Shown in pieces: positions 30,060 to 42,429 of a stretch of 64,000 nt of DNA. Below the pieces are notes generated by a model, which did no database searches, was not told the DNA's origin, and saw only the letters and a program-made list of their open reading frames with translations. This DNA is from a bacterium. Lineage in GTDB: Bacteria > Zhuqueibacterota > Zhuqueibacteria > Residuimicrobiales > Krinioviventaceae. Position 1 is the stretch's first letter. Every line of letters starts with the position of its first letter. The stretch covers positions 64,001 to 128,000 of the forward strand of contig CAXXFV010000009.1 of NCBI GenBank assembly GCA_963674595.2, in the 5' to 3' direction. A program made the position numbers and the translations under genes.

Positions 30060-33000
30060 TTATTCAATAAACAACTTGTCCGGCGGCAGTTGCTGCTTTT
30101 CGATCCCCGGTCCTTTGTAATATACCTCTAAACCATTATCGCCACCGGCGTCAAAAAAATCGAGGTGTAACGGATATTTGCCTGGTTTTAAATATACAGT
30201 GCCCTGGCGTTCCACCATGCCGTGCCTTCCACCGTTTTCCACGACAAGCTTGCCGTTCAGGTAGGTCATACTGCCGTCGTTAGAGTTTACAAAAAACGTA
30301 TAGTCGCCTTCCGTATCTATTTGCAGAATTGTGTCAAATTGAAAGGCAAATTTTTCTCTTCTTTGTTTGAGTTTTTGAGAGTCAAACGTGTATGATTGGC
30401 CGGAACTTTTAACTTTTATGGCATTAAAATCCGGCATGTCTTCATCAACTGTTTCATAATATTTGTAGGTAATACCATTCTTTGCGCTGTTTACAACGTA
30501 TATGCCATTTGTCACCAGGTCGCTTTCAATCATATCATCTTTAAAGGCGCGTACTTTAACAATGGCACTCTTTTTTAAAGTAATTGGCGCTGTATATAAC
30601 ACCGATGTCTTTGTCGGTTCACTGCCGTCCAATGTATAGCGTATTTCCGCACCCTGTGAGGTACAGGCTAACTGAATGTTGGCGGGTGAATCCTCGTAAA
30701 TGGACTGAAAATTTTTAAACTCAGGTTTGGCTGTTTTATAGTCCCGCCAGTAAACACGCTGTGCCGGTCCGGTACTTTCAATGACGCTAAAGTCCCTGAA
30801 TAGGCCATAATCAATAAAATCATAATCGCTGCCTGCCGGTATATGGTCCGGTGCTGTTTGAAATGAATTCGGCCATGCGGAACCTCTAACACTTCCCATG
30901 TGGTGTGGTCCCAGCAGATTTTTTAAGGTACCATAAACCGTAACAGAGATTTTATTTTCGCCTTTATGGACCAAATCTGTAATATCCAGCTCATAGGGAG
31001 CGGAAATAATCAGCCCGGCTTCTTTATCATTAACTTTAACCTGGGCAACACTTCCCAGCCAATCGGTGAGTTTAACGATGTGGCGTTTGTCTTTCGTATC
31101 AAGTTTAAAACTTGTAGCGTATTCCACACCGTCCGAATAAAAGGGCAGTCCCTGTTTTTTCCAACTCTCCAATACGAGTTTTTCTGACGGAACGAGTTTC
31201 CAACCCTTGGTTTGTGATTCAAGTTGAAAATCACCCAGCAGATAAATCGGTTCCAGTTCCGAATGAATTGTCATGGGCGAAGCTTTTAGGGTGATTTTAT
31301 TTGTACCAACCTTTATATATTTGCCGATATCATACACGCCAATGGCCCTGTCCAGCCAGGTTTCTCCATTGGGAGCGATACTTTTACCGTTAATAGATAC
31401 CTTCCAGCATTCCGGACGTTCTACAGCGGCTTTTATTGTGCCTGTATCCAGGCCTTCGGCTGTATCAAAATAAAAATCTGCCTGAAAACCGGAATCCTGA
31501 GCAAAGTTATCACGGTCAAGAATAGATGTTTTATACTGAACTGATCTGCTCCAGGGATCACCTTCGAATCCGAAATGAGTGAATATTTTATCAGACGCCT
31601 TAAAAAAAGTAAATGTCCTTTTCTATCTTTCCGTCCAATGTCAAATCGCAATAATCCAGTGTAAGCGTATTGGGCGTTAAACGGTTGATTTGCAGATCTG
31701 ATACTGATTTCAAAACTTTAATTTCAGCGGCTTTTTGTGGTAACGGTGTGTTTGCCCCTGAATTACCAACAAACAGTAAAAGACTTCCGGCAGGGGGAAT
31801 GTCAAACGCAATATCCAGTTTGCCGTTTTTTTGTTGTGCCGGATAACCGGACAAACAGCCGCAATCAGGATTGAGCTCTTTAACAGACTGCCCGTTGATG
31901 GTAAAAGAACCTGTTGACCAGTCCTCAGAACTTGAGTTGACAAGGAACACAATCTGTCCGTCGTCCAATACCCGGCGATGATGAAACAGTTTGCCGCCGG
32001 CTTTTTCCGGATTTTTGAATTGGATGACCGGCGATTCCAGTTGAGCGAGCACATCAGCATCAAGTGATTGGGCAAGTTTCCATTGACTCGCATATTGATT
32101 TGCCAGCTCAATTAATTCATTAGATTCCGCACCATCCACATATTTTGGCGGTTCAGTAAAGGATAAAATCTGGCCTCCATTAGCCAGATATTTTTTCAGC
32201 AGGGCCACCACTTCACTATCCATGTTTTCAATAGCAGGAGGGAGGACAACTAATTTATAGGTCCGTTCACCAACAACAAATTTTTGACCATCAAGTTTAC
32301 CCCAGGTTTTTATTGTGTTTTCCGAACCCAAATCATATTCTACCTGTAAAAACTCGAGGTCTGTGATAAATTTTTGAAAAATCGGTCCCATTTTGTTAAA
32401 GGCCGGATTGGCGTCTATGGTGGAATAATACATCCAGGCTGTGGTCGTCGGCTCCAATACTAAAGTATCATACAGTTGTTCCCCTGAAGAAAGCGCCAAG
32501 GATAATCTGGCAAAATAATCACCGGATGCTTTGTAAAATTTCCACCAGGGTTCATGATATGAAAAAGACTGTGGATGATCACGCTTGCGCGCGCCTTTTA
32601 TAGTAATATAAGATAGATGCTGGTTAAGGAAATTTACACCCAGCACATATTCCCAATCACCAATGCGCTTCATGTCCTCAAACCGCAAGTCCCAACCGCC
32701 GGCTCCGTATGTTTCGCTCAATGTTCTTGTACGTCCCATTTGATTGGCGACACTTCTCAACTCTTTAACATTTCTGACATTGCCGAACTGGGCATTTACA
32801 TCTTCGTTATATTGGTTCATCAATATATCAATGGCCGGCATTTGGTGCCAGGCATACATTGCCATATTATCAGACCCTTCCTTTGGATTGGGCCAGCCGT
32901 GTTCCCAATAGTGACCGGTCCAGATCAAATTGTTTTTTTCACAATATTCAAACCAGGGCTTGCTCCAACGGTCAATAAACAGATCAAGTAATAAAGAGTA

Positions 33001-33991
33001 ATAATTGTGTCGGATTTTTTTCCAGTCACCAATTTCTTCAAATAATGACGGCAGATTTGTTTTCAGGTCATATCCCCATTTTTTTTCAAAGTCATCAAAC
33101 AACGAAGGTGTATACTTGATGCCGCCCGGCGGATTGATATTGGGCTCATCTGTAAAAATTCCAGGGACCTCTTTACCGAAATCTTGCCCGATTGACTTTT
33201 CATAGCCGTTCATTGTAATATCAATAAACTTTTCTGTTACACCGGGAATCAGTAAATCAACATATGAATAACCCCCGAACCACGGAGATTTTTTATAATA
33301 TTTTTTTTTCAAACAGATAATAGTCTCCACCGGTATTTTTTTTCTGGTCCAACTGAGTGGTTATATCGATAAATTTATCGTTTGCTTTTTCAAGTACAAT
33401 AAAATATTTATCTTTTACATTGTCCGGCAATTGCTGAACATATTCCATTTCCAGGCCCTGTCCCTGGTTATAGGATTCAGGCATTTGTGCCGGTACGTTC
33501 CCGCCGGCAAATCCACTGGGATAGGAATTTTCGTCGTACAACCAAACTTTCATTCCCATTTCCTTTGCTTTTGCAACCGTATATTTGCATAATTCAAACC
33601 ATCGGTCGGAGAGATAAGGTGTAATGAGCCCCGGTCTGGGATGGATAAAAACGCCGCCGATGCCGCCTTGCTTCATTTCCTGTAATTGCTGGTCGATTTC
33701 CTGCTCATCAGAGTCTTCATTCCATACCCACAACGGTGCGCTTTGGTATTCAACCGGTGGACTTTTAAACATGGATTCCATTTGTGAAAAGGAATTTATT
33801 GTTTGAGTTTCTGCCATACTGCTTTTTATGGAAAGGAAAATTGTTGCACAAATAATAAGAACGGTGAAAATCAGCGGTTTTTTAATTCTGGATCGGTGTG
33901 TTGCCGTCAATTTTTTTAAACTACAAAACTTGGAAACAGTTACAAAAGGAGCCCCAAAATTTAATATGCGGTTTTTTAATAAAGAACTCAA
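30060..33991 (-). pseudogene. GH106-like (alpha-L-rhamnosidase-type) glycoside hydrolase with Fn3/CHB-like and PA14 domains, interrupted by two +1 frameshifts
   Basis: GGAGGTG RBS plus TTG 33991; WLYDENSYPSGFAGG, FTDEP, SETYG, IRYTLDGSEPT, SNDGS. Removing one base from each of the runs at 33301-33309 and 31602-31608 gives one 1309-aa ORF. Confidence 0.85.
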
Positions 33992-34077
33992 AATTCACCT
34001 CCGAATAATAGATGTATAAATTTTTAAATATCTATAAAAGTGAATGATAAAAAGTATAAAACCAGTGTTTTACTGTT

Positions 34078-35850
34078 TTATATGTTTTTAAAAAGAAACT
34101 GAAAAGATGATTTTTTTTGTGCTTCAATATTCTCAAATTCCAATGTATTTAATGGTTTAATCGTAACGCCGGATGAGGTTCTATATTTGCCCGGATCATT
34201 TGTAGCCTCGAATTTTATATGAGGAGAAAAATTAATTGTTTGGTTACTATTGCACCCTAATAAAACAGGACCATGAAAATATTTTGTATAACGTGTTTGA
34301 ATGTTCTCCTGATGGGGGGGCTTTGTATAAAACAAAATATCAAACGTAATGGAAATCGGGTCTGAGATGTTGGGTCCCAGCAAAAATGATAAAAAACCGT
34401 TTTTTTGTTTGTAATCAAGTTGTCCAACCCGGCTATTAACTTTAATACTATGGCGATCTATCCATTCCGGTATAAAAAGGTAGACTGTTTTTGTTTTAGC
34501 TAATGTGGATTTGATAACTGAAATACGGACATCACCTTTTTCCGGATAGCTGCTTTTTAGGCCCAAATGCAGGTCGCCATCCTGGAATTTTAATACAGCG
34601 GTGCTGTTGTGATAAAAAGGAATGTAAATATTGTCCTGATCATAAAAGTAACCATACTGGCCTGCTTTGGCTAAACCCTCACTGCCCCGCATGGTGCAAC
34701 ACCATGTAGCTTCAACTTTGTGAGTAAGGCGTGCATTTTCTTTAGTACCCAGGCAATTGTTGACACCAAAACCGCCGTTTGTCCATTGATTATGCCGCAC
34801 ACCGTTATAATAAATTAAATGAGCGTCATGTAAATAATTTTGCTGTCCGGTTGCTTTCCATAGTTCAACCGCAAGAAGAAATGAATCTATAACAGCACAT
34901 CCTTCTGTGTGTGCCGGTCTTCCGAACCAGTTATAGTTTTCATAATTTTCTGTCATTGCATATTTCTTATAGTCGGCATATATGCGTTCTACAAAATTCA
35001 GATATTTCTTTTTGTTTAAAAGTTCGTAAAATCTTAAAATTCCTCTCAACGCAGACAGTGTTGAGTGCGTTTGTGCTTTTATTTGCAGCAGATCAATTTG
35101 ACAATAAAAATTAAAAATTTGTTCTATCGCTGTTTTTAATTCGTTTGACGGAAATATCTGATATACCTGTGTCAAGCCGTCAAGGACCATAAATAATTGG
35201 CAAGTATCGGTAGAAAGCTGCCAGTTTTCTACCAATCCAGCGTCCATAGCTATTGTACCGCCCTTTTTCAGGCTTTTACGTTTGTTCTCAAGAGGATAAC
35301 TTTTGATGTCGTTGGCAAGGGGAATCATCATATTTTGAACAGTGGATTGGATGATGTCCCTTATAGTGTCATCCTTCTGCCAGAGGTACAATTCGCATAA
35401 ACCACGAAGAAAAAACTGATGGCCGGTTATTTGAATTTCATCATAAAAACCGTTTTCAAGAATTTTGCCGGTATACCCTTTATCATTAACAAGCTCTTTG
35501 GGAAATTTTTCCACAATTTCTGCCAGAAATTGTGGTTCCTGGTTTAGAACCTGGGCCAATTGTACCAGTCCCAAAATAGTGCGACCAATAAAGTCACCCG
35601 GATAAGGATCTTCAAGTGTGTGTTTGGCAATATTTTTATACTGAAAAAGGGGATCATGTAAACGATCAAAATTTCGTTGTGCGCGTTGAAGCAGATCTCC
35701 ATCGATGGTAATATCATAAAACTGTGGATTCAAAAGATTGTTTGTCTCGGGCTGTTTTTCTTTTTTTGTGCAAGATATCACCAAGCCAAGGCTTGATATG
35801 ACTGTAGTTATATAATAAACATTATCTAAAAAGTCACGTCGAGTTATCAT
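34078..35850 (-). CDS. GH127/GH146-like beta-L-arabinofuranosidase, Tat-type lipoprotein
   Basis: TRRDFL twin-Arg motif, ISC lipobox, TEGC, WCC, YP..G, IPEW, GPVLL. Confidence 0.75.
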   Translation of the reverse strand: MITRRDFLDNVYYITTVISSLGLVISCTKKEKQPETNNLLNPQFYDITIDGDLLQRAQRNFDRLHDPLFQYKNIAKHTLEDPYPGDFIGRTILGLVQLAQVLNQEPQFLAEIVEKFPKELVNDKGYTGKILENGFYDEIQITGHQFFLRGLCELYLWQKDDTIRDIIQSTVQNMMIPLANDIKSYPLENKRKSLKKGGTIAMDAGLVENWQLSTDTCQLFMVLDGLTQVYQIFPSNELKTAIEQIFNFYCQIDLLQIKAQTHSTLSALRGILRFYELLNKKKYLNFVERIYADYKKYAMTENYENYNWFGRPAHTEGCAVIDSFLLAVELWKATGQQNYLHDAHLIYYNGVRHNQWTNGGFGVNNCLGTKENARLTHKVEATWCCTMRGSEGLAKAGQYGYFYDQDNIYIPFYHNSTAVLKFQDGDLHLGLKSSYPEKGDVRISVIKSTLAKTKTVYLFIPEWIDRHSIKVNSRVGQLDYKQKNGFLSFLLGPNISDPISITFDILFYTKPPHQENIQTRYTKYFHGPVLLGCNSNQTINFSPHIKFEATNDPGKYRTSSGVTIKPLNTLEFENIEAQKKSSFQFLFKNI

Positions 35851-36439
35851 AAATATCCTATTTTTAAAAGCTATATAGATGAAGCTGTTTGCAAAATTTT
35901 TCATTTTTTGAGTAAATCAGATTTACAATAATGTGCTCTTTTCTTTTTTAAAAGTAAATTAAAAAAATTTCCTGTTAAAACAATTTTTAACAAAAAGAAT
36001 TGTTTTATTATCAATTTTATTATCAGAAAATATTTTTCGATATTGGAATTTAGTCCTGCAAATGTAAATGATAAAAGATGCCCTTGAAAAAATGATATTA
36101 GAAGAGCAGGGGATTATGTTTATCAAAAAGTTTAGTTGCATGAATATAATAACTAACTTGTAAAATAATTTCAAGTAGTATTATTGAAACAATAATTATA
36201 AAGTAGAATTTCAGACTTTGTTGATAAAAGAAATTTTTTAGCCCGGGCTGAATGTCATTTCTCATATTTAAAAATTGTAAAGGTGCTTAAAACATTTAGG
36301 TATGTTTACTATTTAATAATTACAAATTATACAAAAACGAAACTAAAAAAATATTTTGTACTTGCATTTCAAAATAAGAATCTTTAAATTACCCAGCTTT
36401 TAATGTCAGTGAAATCAGAACGATAAGCAAAGGTAAATT

Positions 36440-37123
36440 ATGCTCAAGCCAAGAAAACGAATCACTAAAAAGGAACTTAAAGAAGACAAGCTTGTAACAT
36501 TTTATTTTGAGGCAAGCTCGTGGGTTGAAAAAAATCTTCGCTATGTTATAGGTGGTGCAACTGCTCTAGTTGTAATTATTGTAGCAATATTTTTGTATTC
36601 GCAATCCCAGAATAAAGCTAATCAAGATGCTGCCGTTGATTATGCACGTGCAATAAAAGCCTATGAAAGTTCCGATTATCAGGGCGCTTTAACACTTTTC
36701 AGTAATGTTGTTGATAATTATGGCGGTACGAAAAGTGGAAAAACAAGTCGTTTTTATTTGGCCAATTGTTTTTTCTTTACAAATGATTATGACAATGCAG
36801 AAAAATTTTATAATAAATATTTATCAAGAGGTAACGATAAACTTTTGACTCCGGCAGCAATGGCGGGAATAGCCGCTTGTTACGAACAGCGTAAAGAATA
36901 TGAAAAAGCGGCCAAGCAGTATGAAAAAACCGTTTCAAAACATTCGGATTATGTTCTCGTTTCCGAGTATCTGTTAAATGCTGCTGCCTGTTACCAGAGT
37001 GCCGGCAAAGCCGATCAGGCTGTTAAAGTGCTGGACCAAATTATTGATGATTATTCTGATTCACAGGAGAAAGATCAGGCTGTTATACTAAAAGCAATGA
37101 TTGAAAGTGCCCCTGCTATGTAA
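36440..37123 (+). CDS. YfgM-like membrane-anchored TPR protein
   Basis: KKELKED N-terminus, single TM helix, TPR repeats. Confidence 0.75.
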   Translation: MLKPRKRITKKELKEDKLVTFYFEASSWVEKNLRYVIGGATALVVIIVAIFLYSQSQNKANQDAAVDYARAIKAYESSDYQGALTLFSNVVDNYGGTKSGKTSRFYLANCFFFTNDYDNAEKFYNKYLSRGNDKLLTPAAMAGIAACYEQRKEYEKAAKQYEKTVSKHSDYVLVSEYLLNAAACYQSAGKADQAVKVLDQIIDDYSDSQEKDQAVILKAMIESAPAM

Positions 37124-37144
37124 GGCTGTAAATGTAAAAAAATC

Positions 37145-37206
37145 TTGCATTATCTTGTTTTTTTTTATATATTCCATGTCAAGTGGGCCAAAAGGCCCAC
37201 TTTTTT
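37145..37206 (+). promoter_or_regulatory. Promoter and conserved rimP leader hairpin
   Basis: TTGCAT-N17-TATATT, then AAGTGGGCC-AAAA-GGCCCACTT followed by Ts, the hairpin typically found before rimP. Confidence 0.7.
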
Positions 37207-37229
37207 ATTGCTTGTAATTGAGGTTCGGC

Positions 37230-37682
37230 ATGTATGAAGATACAAATTTGAATAATATTATCGCTCCGGTTTTAGAAGAAATGGGTATAGAGTTAGTCGA
37301 ACTCAAGTTACTTGGTTCCGGTCCACGGAGAATTTTAAGAATATATGTGGATCAAGCTGGTGGTATCAGTTTGGAACGATGTGCCGAAGCAAGTAGACAA
37401 ATATCTGATATATTGGATCGAAAAGACCCGATTCCTTCTAGATTTGTTTTAGAAGTATCATCTCCGGGCGCCGATCGTCCACTTGTTTCTGAAAAAGATT
37501 TTTCTAAAAATATAGGTCGAAAAGTAAAAATTCGGTACAAGGCAGAAGATGAGAAAACAGATAAAATTATAGGAAAGATTTTGTCTGTAGATCAGGAAGC
37601 TGTCATTGTAGCTGTTGAAAATACGGAACATTCAATTAAATTTAATGATATTTTAAAAGCAAAAATAGTTTTTGAAATTTAA
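37230..37682 (+). CDS. rimP: Ribosome maturation factor RimP
   Basis: LRIYVD..GGI....C...SR, LEVSSPG.DRPL; position before nusA. Confidence 0.95.
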   Translation: MYEDTNLNNIIAPVLEEMGIELVELKLLGSGPRRILRIYVDQAGGISLERCAEASRQISDILDRKDPIPSRFVLEVSSPGADRPLVSEKDFSKNIGRKVKIRYKAEDEKTDKIIGKILSVDQEAVIVAVENTEHSIKFNDILKAKIVFEI

Positions 37683-37724
37683 TTGAAAAAACAATACGTG
37701 TAGAGTTTATCACAGGATTGAACC

Positions 37725-39008
37725 ATGAAAAGTGACATTGTTGAGGCATTTGCCCTCCTTACAAAAGAAAAAAGCATCGATAAAGAAGTACTTTCCCGGA
37801 TTATTGAAGATATTTTTCTTTCGCTGATTAAAAAGAAATATGGTACATCTGATAATTTTGATGTTTTTGTGAACATGGAAAAAGGTGAAATTGAAATTTA
37901 TCAAAGCAAGACAATCGTTGAAGACGTTCAGGATGAAGTTTTGGAAATTTCTTTGGAGGCTGCACGTAAAGCTGAACCGGACCTTGAGCTTGGCGATGAA
38001 TATCTTGAAATTATTGATCCGACCACATTTGGACGAAGATTGGTTATCTCTGCTAAGCAAAATTTGAATCAACGCATTAAAGAAGTTGAAAAAGAACTTG
38101 TTTTTGAAGAGTTTAAGGATCGAATTGGTGAGATTATCAGTGGTGAAGTTCGGCAAATTAATCGTGATGAAATTTTTCTAAATGCCGAAAATACCGAAGT
38201 TTTATTGTCGAAAAACGAGCAGATACCAAACGAAAAATATCGTCGTGGTGATAATTTACGGGCTGTAATTAAGGATGTTCAATGGACCTCCAGAGGACCG
38301 GAAATTATCGTATCTCGGTCTGCTCCGATGTTTTTGACCCGATTATTTGAATTGGAAGTACCTGAGATTTATGAAGGTATTATTGAAATTAAAGGTATTG
38401 CCCGTGAAGCTGGTGAACGTACAAAAATTGCCGTTTATTCGAACGATAAACGCATTGATGCTGTTGGAGCGTGTGTTGGAATGAAAGGTATGAGGATTCA
38501 GGCTATTGTCCAGGAATTGAATAACGAAAAAATCGATATTATTAACTGGAGTGCTGAACCTGAAATTTTTATTACACGTGCACTTAGCCCGGCAAAACCT
38601 AAGCGAATTGCAATTGATGAAGAAGCCCATAAAGTTTATGCCATATTGGATGATACGCAAATATCCCTGGCAATTGGAAAAGGTGGGCAAAACCGTCGTT
38701 TGGCATCTAAATTAACCGGATATGATCTGCAGACAATGCGTGAAAAAGACTATAAGAAAATGACAACCACGGAAAGCGGATTAGACCTGCCGTTGTCAGA
38801 GATTGAAGATTTGTCTGAAAAGATTGCACATACCCTTATTATGGGCGGCTTTGAAACTATTCGGGACGTTTTGGATGCAGACCTTGAAGAACTGACCAGT
38901 TTACCTGGTATTGGTGAGAAAACAGCAGAAAAAATTAAAAGCATGTTGACACCTGCTGTTGACGAATTAAATGACGACGATGATGATATAGATGATGAAG
39001 AGTATTAG
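37725..39008 (+). CDS. nusA: Transcription factor NusA
   Basis: LFELEVPEI, AREAGERTKIAV, GACVGMKG, AIGKGGQN; C-terminal HhH. Confidence 0.97.
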   Translation: MKSDIVEAFALLTKEKSIDKEVLSRIIEDIFLSLIKKKYGTSDNFDVFVNMEKGEIEIYQSKTIVEDVQDEVLEISLEAARKAEPDLELGDEYLEIIDPTTFGRRLVISAKQNLNQRIKEVEKELVFEEFKDRIGEIISGEVRQINRDEIFLNAENTEVLLSKNEQIPNEKYRRGDNLRAVIKDVQWTSRGPEIIVSRSAPMFLTRLFELEVPEIYEGIIEIKGIAREAGERTKIAVYSNDKRIDAVGACVGMKGMRIQAIVQELNNEKIDIINWSAEPEIFITRALSPAKPKRIAIDEEAHKVYAILDDTQISLAIGKGGQNRRLASKLTGYDLQTMREKDYKKMTTTESGLDLPLSEIEDLSEKIAHTLIMGGFETIRDVLDADLEELTSLPGIGEKTAEKIKSMLTPAVDELNDDDDDIDDEEY

Positions 39009-39083
39009 TAAATACTCCTATATTGATAATGTTAAATTTTAGTTGACTTGAGTGAATGTGAAATTCTTGGGAGTTAGAAACTT

Positions 39084-41753
39084 TTGGCTGTTAAAAAAAG
39101 AGTATTTCAAGTAGCCCGTGAGTTTAATATCGCAAACGAAGCGCTTATTGAATTCCTTAAAAAATTAGACTATGATATTCGAAACCATATGAGTCCTGTC
39201 GATGACGATGCTTATGCACTCGTACAGGAAAAATTTGGTGAAAAGCCTGCTCAGGTAGATGAGGAATATGAGTTTCGTAAAAGATTACGCGATAGAAAAG
39301 CTCAGGAAGAGGCAAGTAAAGAAAAAGCCAAAGAAGATTTGGAACGACGGATACGTGTGTCTCAGGAACTAGCTCAAGAGATACCAAAGTTAAAACGACA
39401 ACGTGGTCAGGAAAAAGAAATTGTCGATGTTCCTGAACAACCTGATCTTGTAACTGAACCTGTTGCCGAAGAGTCGCAGGTAGATGAGGCTAGAGCTGAA
39501 GTTACTGAAGCAGTTGGTGAGAAACCTGAAAAAATTATAGAAAAAACTCAAGTACCTTCTGTTGAAGAGCTTGATGAAGAAGCGCCGGCAAAGAAAAAGA
39601 GTGCACGTAAGAAATTACGAATCGTAGAGATACCATCCGAAGATTCCGGACGTAAATTAAAAGAAGATCATAAAAAAGTACCTCCTGCACAAGAAAAGGG
39701 CGAAGAAACTAAGGAAACGGAAAAGACTGCTCCTGTTAAAAAAGAAGAAAAAGAAGAATCCAGGTCCAAGAGGAAAAGAAAACGTAAACGTCCTGCTGCT
39801 GAAGAGGATGATTCTGAAGCTGAAGAATTACTGGTTCCTTCTAAAAAACATAAAAAGAAGAAAAAGAAAAAGAAAAAACCACAGTTTGATGAAGAGGAAA
39901 TTAAAGAAACCATTCGTCAAACATTGGCTTCAATTGATGATTCCGGAAAAACGAAAAAACGTAAACGACGAACTCAAGTTGAAGAAACTGATGAAGAAGA
40001 ACAATCCATCATACGCGTTAGTGAGTTTATGTCATTGTCTGAGCTTGCCAAGCTGATGGAAGTGGAATCATCAGAACTTATTAAAAAATGTATGGAACTG
40101 GGCATGATGGTATCCATTAATCAACGAATAGATATGGATACGATTACATTGCTGGCTTCTGAATACGAATTCCAGGTTGAAGCACTGGAAGAATTCGGTG
40201 AAGAACTTGTAGAAGAACTTGAAGAAGATGATGAGGGAACCAAACTTCCCCGTCCACCTGTTGTTACGATAATGGGACATGTTGATCACGGTAAAACATC
40301 GTTGCTGGATTATATTAGAAGCAGTAACATTATTGCAGGTGAAGCAGGTGGTATTACACAGCACATAGGTGCTTATGAAGTAGAAGTAAACGGCAAAAGT
40401 ATTTGCTTTTTAGATACTCCAGGTCACGAGGCTTTTACAGCCATGCGTGCCCGTGGTGCTCAAGTGACGGATATTGTCGTTTTAATTGTTGCAGCAGACG
40501 ATAGTGTGATGCCGCAAACAATTGAAGCTATCAGCCATGCCAAAGCCGCCAATGTTCCGATTGTCGTTGCAATTAATAAAATCGATAAACCCAGTGCAAA
40601 TTCAGATATGATACGAAAACAACTTGCTGAGCACGATGTGTTGGTTGAACAGTGGGGCGGAAAGTATCAATCCGTTGAAGTTTCTGCAAAAACCGGACAA
40701 GGTATGGAACAATTGCTGGAATTGATTTTACTGGAAGCCGAACTTTTGGACCTGAGAGCAAATCCGGACCGCAATGCTCGTGGTGTTGTTATAGAGTCCC
40801 GTCTGGATAGAGGCAAAGGTGTTGTTTCAACAGTTTTAGTACAAGCTGGTACATTAAGGGTTGGGCAACCATTTGTTGCAGGTGCTACTTTTGGTAAAGT
40901 CCGTTCAATGCTTGATGAAAGAAGTCATAGCATTAAACTAGCCGGGCCTTCTGTTCCTGTTCAGGTACTTGGTTTCGATTCATTACCACAATCCGGTGAT
41001 TCATTTGTTGTCCTAGATTCAGAACGTGATACAAAAGAAATAAGCCAAAAACGCCAACAACTTCAACGTGAACACGAACACTGGCAAAGCAGACCCAGAA
41101 CATTGGATCAGATTTCTAAACAGATCCAAAAAGGAAAGATCAAACAATTGTCCGTCGTGCTTAAAGCCGATGTGGACGGGTCTATAGAAGCCATTACAGA
41201 TTCACTGCAAAAATTAGCTACGGATGAAGTTGCTGTAAACGTCATTTTAAGAGGTGTCGGCGCTATTTCTGAAACAGATGTTATTTTGGCAGCCGCATCA
41301 AGTGCTATTATTATCGGTTTTCATGTCAGACCCGCAACCAAAGCCCGTGAATTGGCGGCCAAAGAACAGGTTGATATTCGGCTTTATGACGTTATTTATG
41401 ATATTATTTCAGATGTAAAATCTGCTCTTGAAGGATTTTTATCTCCTACATTGCATGAAGAAATTGTCGGTACTATTGAAGTTCGTGAAACATTCAAGGT
41501 GCCGAAAATAGGAACCATTGCCGGTTGTTATGTGTTATCCGGAAAAATTAATAGAAATGACAAGATTAAACTATACAGAGATGACCGTCTTGTTCATGAT
41601 GGCAAAATATCTTCTCTTAAACGATTTAAAGATGATGCTAAAGAAGTAGCTGCCGGATTTGAATGTGGTATCGGTATTGATCGATATGATGATATTAAAG
41701 TTAATGATGTCATTGAAGTATATAATATCATTGAAACAAAACGTTCTTTATAG
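39084..41753 (+). CDS. infB: Translation initiation factor IF-2
   Basis: [38 protein letters not shown]. Confidence 0.98.
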   Translation: MAVKKRVFQVAREFNIANEALIEFLKKLDYDIRNHMSPVDDDAYALVQEKFGEKPAQVDEEYEFRKRLRDRKAQEEASKEKAKEDLERRIRVSQELAQEIPKLKRQRGQEKEIVDVPEQPDLVTEPVAEESQVDEARAEVTEAVGEKPEKIIEKTQVPSVEELDEEAPAKKKSARKKLRIVEIPSEDSGRKLKEDHKKVPPAQEKGEETKETEKTAPVKKEEKEESRSKRKRKRKRPAAEEDDSEAEELLVPSKKHKKKKKKKKKPQFDEEEIKETIRQTLASIDDSGKTKKRKRRTQVEETDEEEQSIIRVSEFMSLSELAKLMEVESSELIKKCMELGMMVSINQRIDMDTITLLASEYEFQVEALEEFGEELVEELEEDDEGTKLPRPPVVTIMGHVDHGKTSLLDYIRSSNIIAGEAGGITQHIGAYEVEVNGKSICFLDTPGHEAFTAMRARGAQVTDIVVLIVAADDSVMPQTIEAISHAKAANVPIVVAINKIDKPSANSDMIRKQLAEHDVLVEQWGGKYQSVEVSAKTGQGMEQLLELILLEAELLDLRANPDRNARGVVIESRLDRGKGVVSTVLVQAGTLRVGQPFVAGATFGKVRSMLDERSHSIKLAGPSVPVQVLGFDSLPQSGDSFVVLDSERDTKEISQKRQQLQREHEHWQSRPRTLDQISKQIQKGKIKQLSVVLKADVDGSIEAITDSLQKLATDEVAVNVILRGVGAISETDVILAAASSAIIIGFHVRPATKARELAAKEQVDIRLYDVIYDIISDVKSALEGFLSPTLHEEIVGTIEVRETFKVPKIGTIAGCYVLSGKINRNDKIKLYRDDRLVHDGKISSLKRFKDDAKEVAAGFECGIGIDRYDDIKVNDVIEVYNIIETKRSL

Positions 41754-41765
41754 TAAAAAATTATT

Positions 41766-42047
41766 GTGCTGGTAGGAATTTATCAAATAGAGTTGTTTAT
41801 CCCGGCGAGTCATTCGCTAAAAGAAAAACGTTTTGTTTTGTCCAGCATTAAAGCAAAACTTCAAAATAAATACAATATTTCAATTGCTGAAGTCGATGGA
41901 CTGGACAAGTGGCAGCGGGCTGTTCTTGGAATTGCCATGGTTGCAAACGAACGGCTCATTTTAGAGCAAACAAAAACCAAAATATTGAATTTTATTGATA
42001 CACAAGATCAGGTCGAATTACTTGATCAACAATTTGAAATTATTTAG
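41766..42047 (+). CDS. DUF503 (YlxP) protein
   Basis: SLKEKR, N.SIAEV..D.WQ; between infB and rbfA. Confidence 0.88.
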   Translation: MLVGIYQIELFIPASHSLKEKRFVLSSIKAKLQNKYNISIAEVDGLDKWQRAVLGIAMVANERLILEQTKTKILNFIDTQDQVELLDQQFEII

Positions 42048-42063
42048 CAGAGATAATATAAAT

Positions 42064-42423
42064 ATGCAGTATAAACGTGCTGATCGTGTAGCTGTTTTAA
42101 TAAAAGAAGAAATTAGCAAAATACTTTTAAAGGATGCCAAAGATCCTCAAATTGGTTTTGTGACCATAACCAAAGTTAAACTGAGTAGCGATTTAAAACA
42201 TGCAAAAATATACTATAGCGTGCTCGGTGACGAACAAAAAAAAGAGCAAGCCGGCGAGGCTTTAAACAGATTAACATCCTTTGTGAGAAGTGAAATTGCT
42301 CATCGTGTTCGCTTGAGATTTGTGCCGACGATCCAGTTTTTTTTCGATGATTCGTTGGAATATGCCGATCGTATTAACAAAATTATTAATAAATTGCATG
42401 ATGAAGACAATATCAAGTCCTGA
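42064..42423 (+). CDS. rbfA: Ribosome-binding factor A
   Basis: R..RV, KDP.IGFVTIT.V.LS.DL..AKIY, LR.VP...F..D.S. Confidence 0.95.
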   Translation: MQYKRADRVAVLIKEEISKILLKDAKDPQIGFVTITKVKLSSDLKHAKIYYSVLGDEQKKEQAGEALNRLTSFVRSEIAHRVRLRFVPTIQFFFDDSLEYADRINKIINKLHDEDNIKS

Positions 42424-42429
42424 TGATTT

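Noticed and set aside
39760-39970. Low-complexity A-rich repeat (poly-Lys)
   Set aside because: Normal charged N-terminal region of IF-2
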